Positions 55,815 to 64,000 of a stretch of DNA of 64,000 nt are shown here, piece after piece. The stretch is from Trichoplax sp. H2 (Eukaryota). The notes below the pieces were generated by a model. It ran no database searches. It was not told the DNA's origin and saw only the letters and a program-made list of their open reading frames with translations. Where the stretch lies: assembly GCA_003344405.1 (NCBI GenBank), contig NOWV01000104.1, positions 1 to 64,000 on the forward strand. The letters are read 5' to 3'. The stretch's first letter is position 1. Each line of letters begins with the position of its first letter. The position numbers and the translations under genes are program-made.

Positions 55815-56370
55815 AAACCATGAGTTCATAGTAGCTTTTCATGTAAGAATAAAAGACACAGGAATGATTTCGCTCAAAATAACCAAGTATATATTTACTA
55901 ACTCAATATCTACGGTATATGAGGACAAAACCACTACGAAAAATGGGCTTTGAATTTAACCTAAGCGGCTAAACCATTATATAGTCATTACAGTCATTGC
56001 TTCATTTATCCTGTTCTAGAAATATCTTGCTAACCATGAGTTCTATGTAGTTAATAGGTTCAATAATGAGTTAATTTTGATCTATGTAAAATTTTGCACA
56101 GATATTTTCGCTTAAAATAATTAAGAAGTAGATTTACTAACTCAATAAAATCATTAGCACAGAAACCACTACGAAACAAATGAACATTGAACTTTCCTAA
56201 GTGGCTAAGCCATTAGATAATCATCATAATCATTATTGCATTTTTCATCCTTTTCAAGAAAAGCCTTACTAACCATAAATTCCAAAAATTTGTTTGGAAC
56301 AATCATATACTAATTTAATCTAAGTAAAATTTTGAACAGGCATTTTTCGAAAGACATTTAAAATTTCCTT
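55815..56370. repeat. Degenerate tandem repeat, ~2.5 units of ~215-240 bp, downstream of the recombinase
   Basis: AACCATGAGTTC at ~55817 and ~56032, AACCATAAATTC at ~56271. Blocks TTTCGCT.AAAATAA, ATTTACTAACTCAATA, AAACCACTACGAAA and CCTAAG.GGCTAA.CCATTA recur in order. Confidence 0.75.
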
Positions 56371-59062
56371 TACTAGAACAATTCTAGTAATGCTGTCAGG
56401 AGAAAGAAACCTAATGGATATAGCATAAATGCTAGATAGATTCAAGCTATATCTTTCTGTTGCAATTAATACTGTAATTATTTTAATGTCTAATCAATAT
56501 AATATTGAAAGAAAATATTATGACTAACTTTGAATAATCGCTTTATCTTCGGTAGTGAGTTATTGTAAGGCTAGATCATCTTATAATAGCCTGGTTAATT
56601 AATAAGGTGGTTACTATTCTATCGAAAGTAGTAAAATGGAAGCTCCTTAGAAAACAGTATCTAGCACTATCGGTTGCCGCTAATTCTTTAATTTGTTTAT
56701 GGCTTTGAATTGATGTTGAAAGCGAAGAGATCTCATCTAATATAATAGTTTTACTAGGTGGAATGTCGAATATGAACAAGTATTCATAAAACATCACTGC
56801 TTGTCCAGTAAAGGCTTCTTACAGATGAATTAAACAGATTTTACTACAATAAATAAAATATCTCATTAATACAGGACTGGATAAAATTTTGAATCCCTTC
56901 ATGACTTATTATGGCCGGTACTTATTTACATTTAGTAGTAGACCCCTCGCTCGTTATACTTTACTGCACATGAACAATTTCCCTGAATCGCCCGTAATTT
57001 ATAACTTCATAAATAAATTAAATTAAATTAACTTTTTAAGCTTGCTTTCATGTAGTCTAAGTTAACGGACAAAGCACTGTAACTTCTCAGTTAAATATAA
57101 TATTATTTTACGATTTTCGTTCGGTATATAATTATACTATAATAATGTAATGTGCACTTGTGCAGTAAGAAACGCGTAATGCGCACTCTTCTCTCTCTCG
57201 TAGTAATGATGACCTCTAACTGATTACTGTAGCCTATACTGTAGTAGATGATCTGGCATACTATATATACATATGGGAGATGAGCCAGTAGCCTAGTGTA
57301 CGATGTATATTTATTTTAATATAGTTCAATATTATCAGTATTACGATTATACTGTACTTGGAAATTAATCATGAGCTAGAGCATAAACTATTAAATTCGC
57401 CAGAAATTTAGTCCGTGGCTAGAGGCATAGCGCAGCGTAGATTCTTCAGCAGCTGAGCCAGAGGCATGAAGTAGTTTATTTTATGGTCTCTACCGTACAG
57501 TAGCAGAGCCAGTAGCTTAGTTATTTTCAGCACTAAGCATGTTGAACACACGAGCTGTTTCTAATACACTTTCTTCACAAAACTGTACAATTCTGATTAT
57601 AATTATTACAGTAAATGATAGCTTAATGCAGGTGTATAGGCTTGACACTTTCAGTATAGTCACGATTCTTTATCTTTTACTTTCAGTCTTTAGGTTGAAT
57701 TTAAAGTAATTAACAAATTTTGAGCTATAACTTGACTATGTGAGCATTAATGCTATAGTACATCAAAATTCGTAAAAGTTTCGTCTAGCATGGCACAGTA
57801 GTACAACGCTTGTTGAAAGGAATCTATTAGAATTTTCATCCATAAATAGGTGTATCAATACATGGCTAATAAACAAACCTTAACTAGAATACACAAAGGA
57901 ACTAGAAAATTAATCAAGCCTTTACTGCTCTAGTAAGTGACACACTAATCTCCTAGCTCCGATCTAAGACTAGAGTTTGCTATAAACCCCATGGTCAGTA
58001 TTTATTCTAGAGCGGGGCTCGTGTAAGATTATTTATTTTAAGTATTGTACTGTAAATGTGATTAAGTAACAGCAAGAAGAAAAGAAATCGAATTGATAAA
58101 GATTTCTTGGGCTTAGGTGCAGTGCTGTGTTGTAATGTCTATAGCTCGCCGTACAACTAACTCTACGAGGAAAAATTCGAGTAATTTTGGCTTTCTAGCC
58201 CTGTACTACGAGTAGCACTGCTCTGTCAACGATAGTAAATGTGACCTATAGCATTTTGAATCGAGTTCTGTTACACTTATATACCTAGACACTTTATTTA
58301 TCGTACTGCTTAATCAGACCCATACGCTTAAAATTTACGAGCACTACCACAATTCGAAAATTTGCATATTTGCGTCCTGAAACGTGTGTTACGTTAAGTG
58401 GAGAATACACTACTAAGCTTAAAAATTAATTATATAACATCCGAACCCTGTCGCATAATAAATTACAGAAATAAAACAGGACATGGAATATTTCATAGCG
58501 CTTTTAGCTCCCGATTACCATTACTTAGCTTGATAATAGCAGTTCTAAAGCACATCCACAATTCTCTAGCTCAGTGCAAGCAACGCAAACTGAATACGGA
58601 ATAACATGACACATTGTAATAACTACCGTATATAGTTGGCCAAGTTATTAGTCAATAAAGGCTTATTAAAATTAATTTATATTTACTATTTGATAAATTA
58701 GATCTTTCAGCTATTCACCTATTTTCACTGATATTATGAATACCATACGTTATATTATTACAGCAGAATGTATTACAAGAAAATGCAGTTCTAGATATCT
58801 GATAATGGAGAAAATCTACTAAATAACGTGAGAATGGGTATCTGTAATCTATGGTAATAATAAATAGCTTATATTACGGACATCGAATACTGCGCATAAC
58901 AGCTAAACTTTAAATATCTGCATTGTAATATTTGCAACGCGAACTTAGAATATATTTCAACTGTTATTCTCGAATCTGCTTTCTTTATTGAGTAATTATA
59001 TTTACTACCCATACATTACATTTTAGAAGTTGACTTGATCACATTGGCAGTTAGTAACTTTA

Positions 59063-63926
<4,864 letters not shown>

Positions 63927-64000
63927 CTTTGACAATTACCAATAGATTTTATTATCACCAAACAGTTTAAATGATATTCAGCTATCATCGCAATAACAGA

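Noticed and set aside
56576-56797. Minus-strand ORF with faint hAT-transposase-like PSKTII stretch
   Set aside because: Similarity too weak; no catalytic motifs or TIRs.

Overview
AT-rich eukaryotic DNA with short GT-AG introns. It resembles a basal metazoan such as the placozoan Trichoplax, which is an inference from composition and gene structure only. Most of the window is a head-to-tail array of four minus-strand, multi-exon paralogs (A: <198-8641, B: ~10982-22184, C: ~26473-47780, D: 59063->63926). They encode atypical Notch-ligand-like type I membrane proteins: signal peptide, Delta/Serrate-type N-terminal MNNL/C2 domain, only the first disulfide loop of the DSL domain, long EGF arrays (about 51 in gene C, which also has a displaced DOS motif), 1-2 FN3-like domains, a TM helix and very different cytoplasmic tails. 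Gene B has an in-frame nonsense codon and an intronic, young, internally deleted LTR retrotransposon (tRNA-Leu PBS) that appears heterozygous across an assembly gap. Between genes C and D, on the plus strand, is an intact-looking tyrosine recombinase gene with a run of symmetric phase-1 micro-exons, followed by a degenerate ~215-240 bp tandem repeat. Exon models were read by eye and are approximate, especially the cytoplasmic-tail exons.
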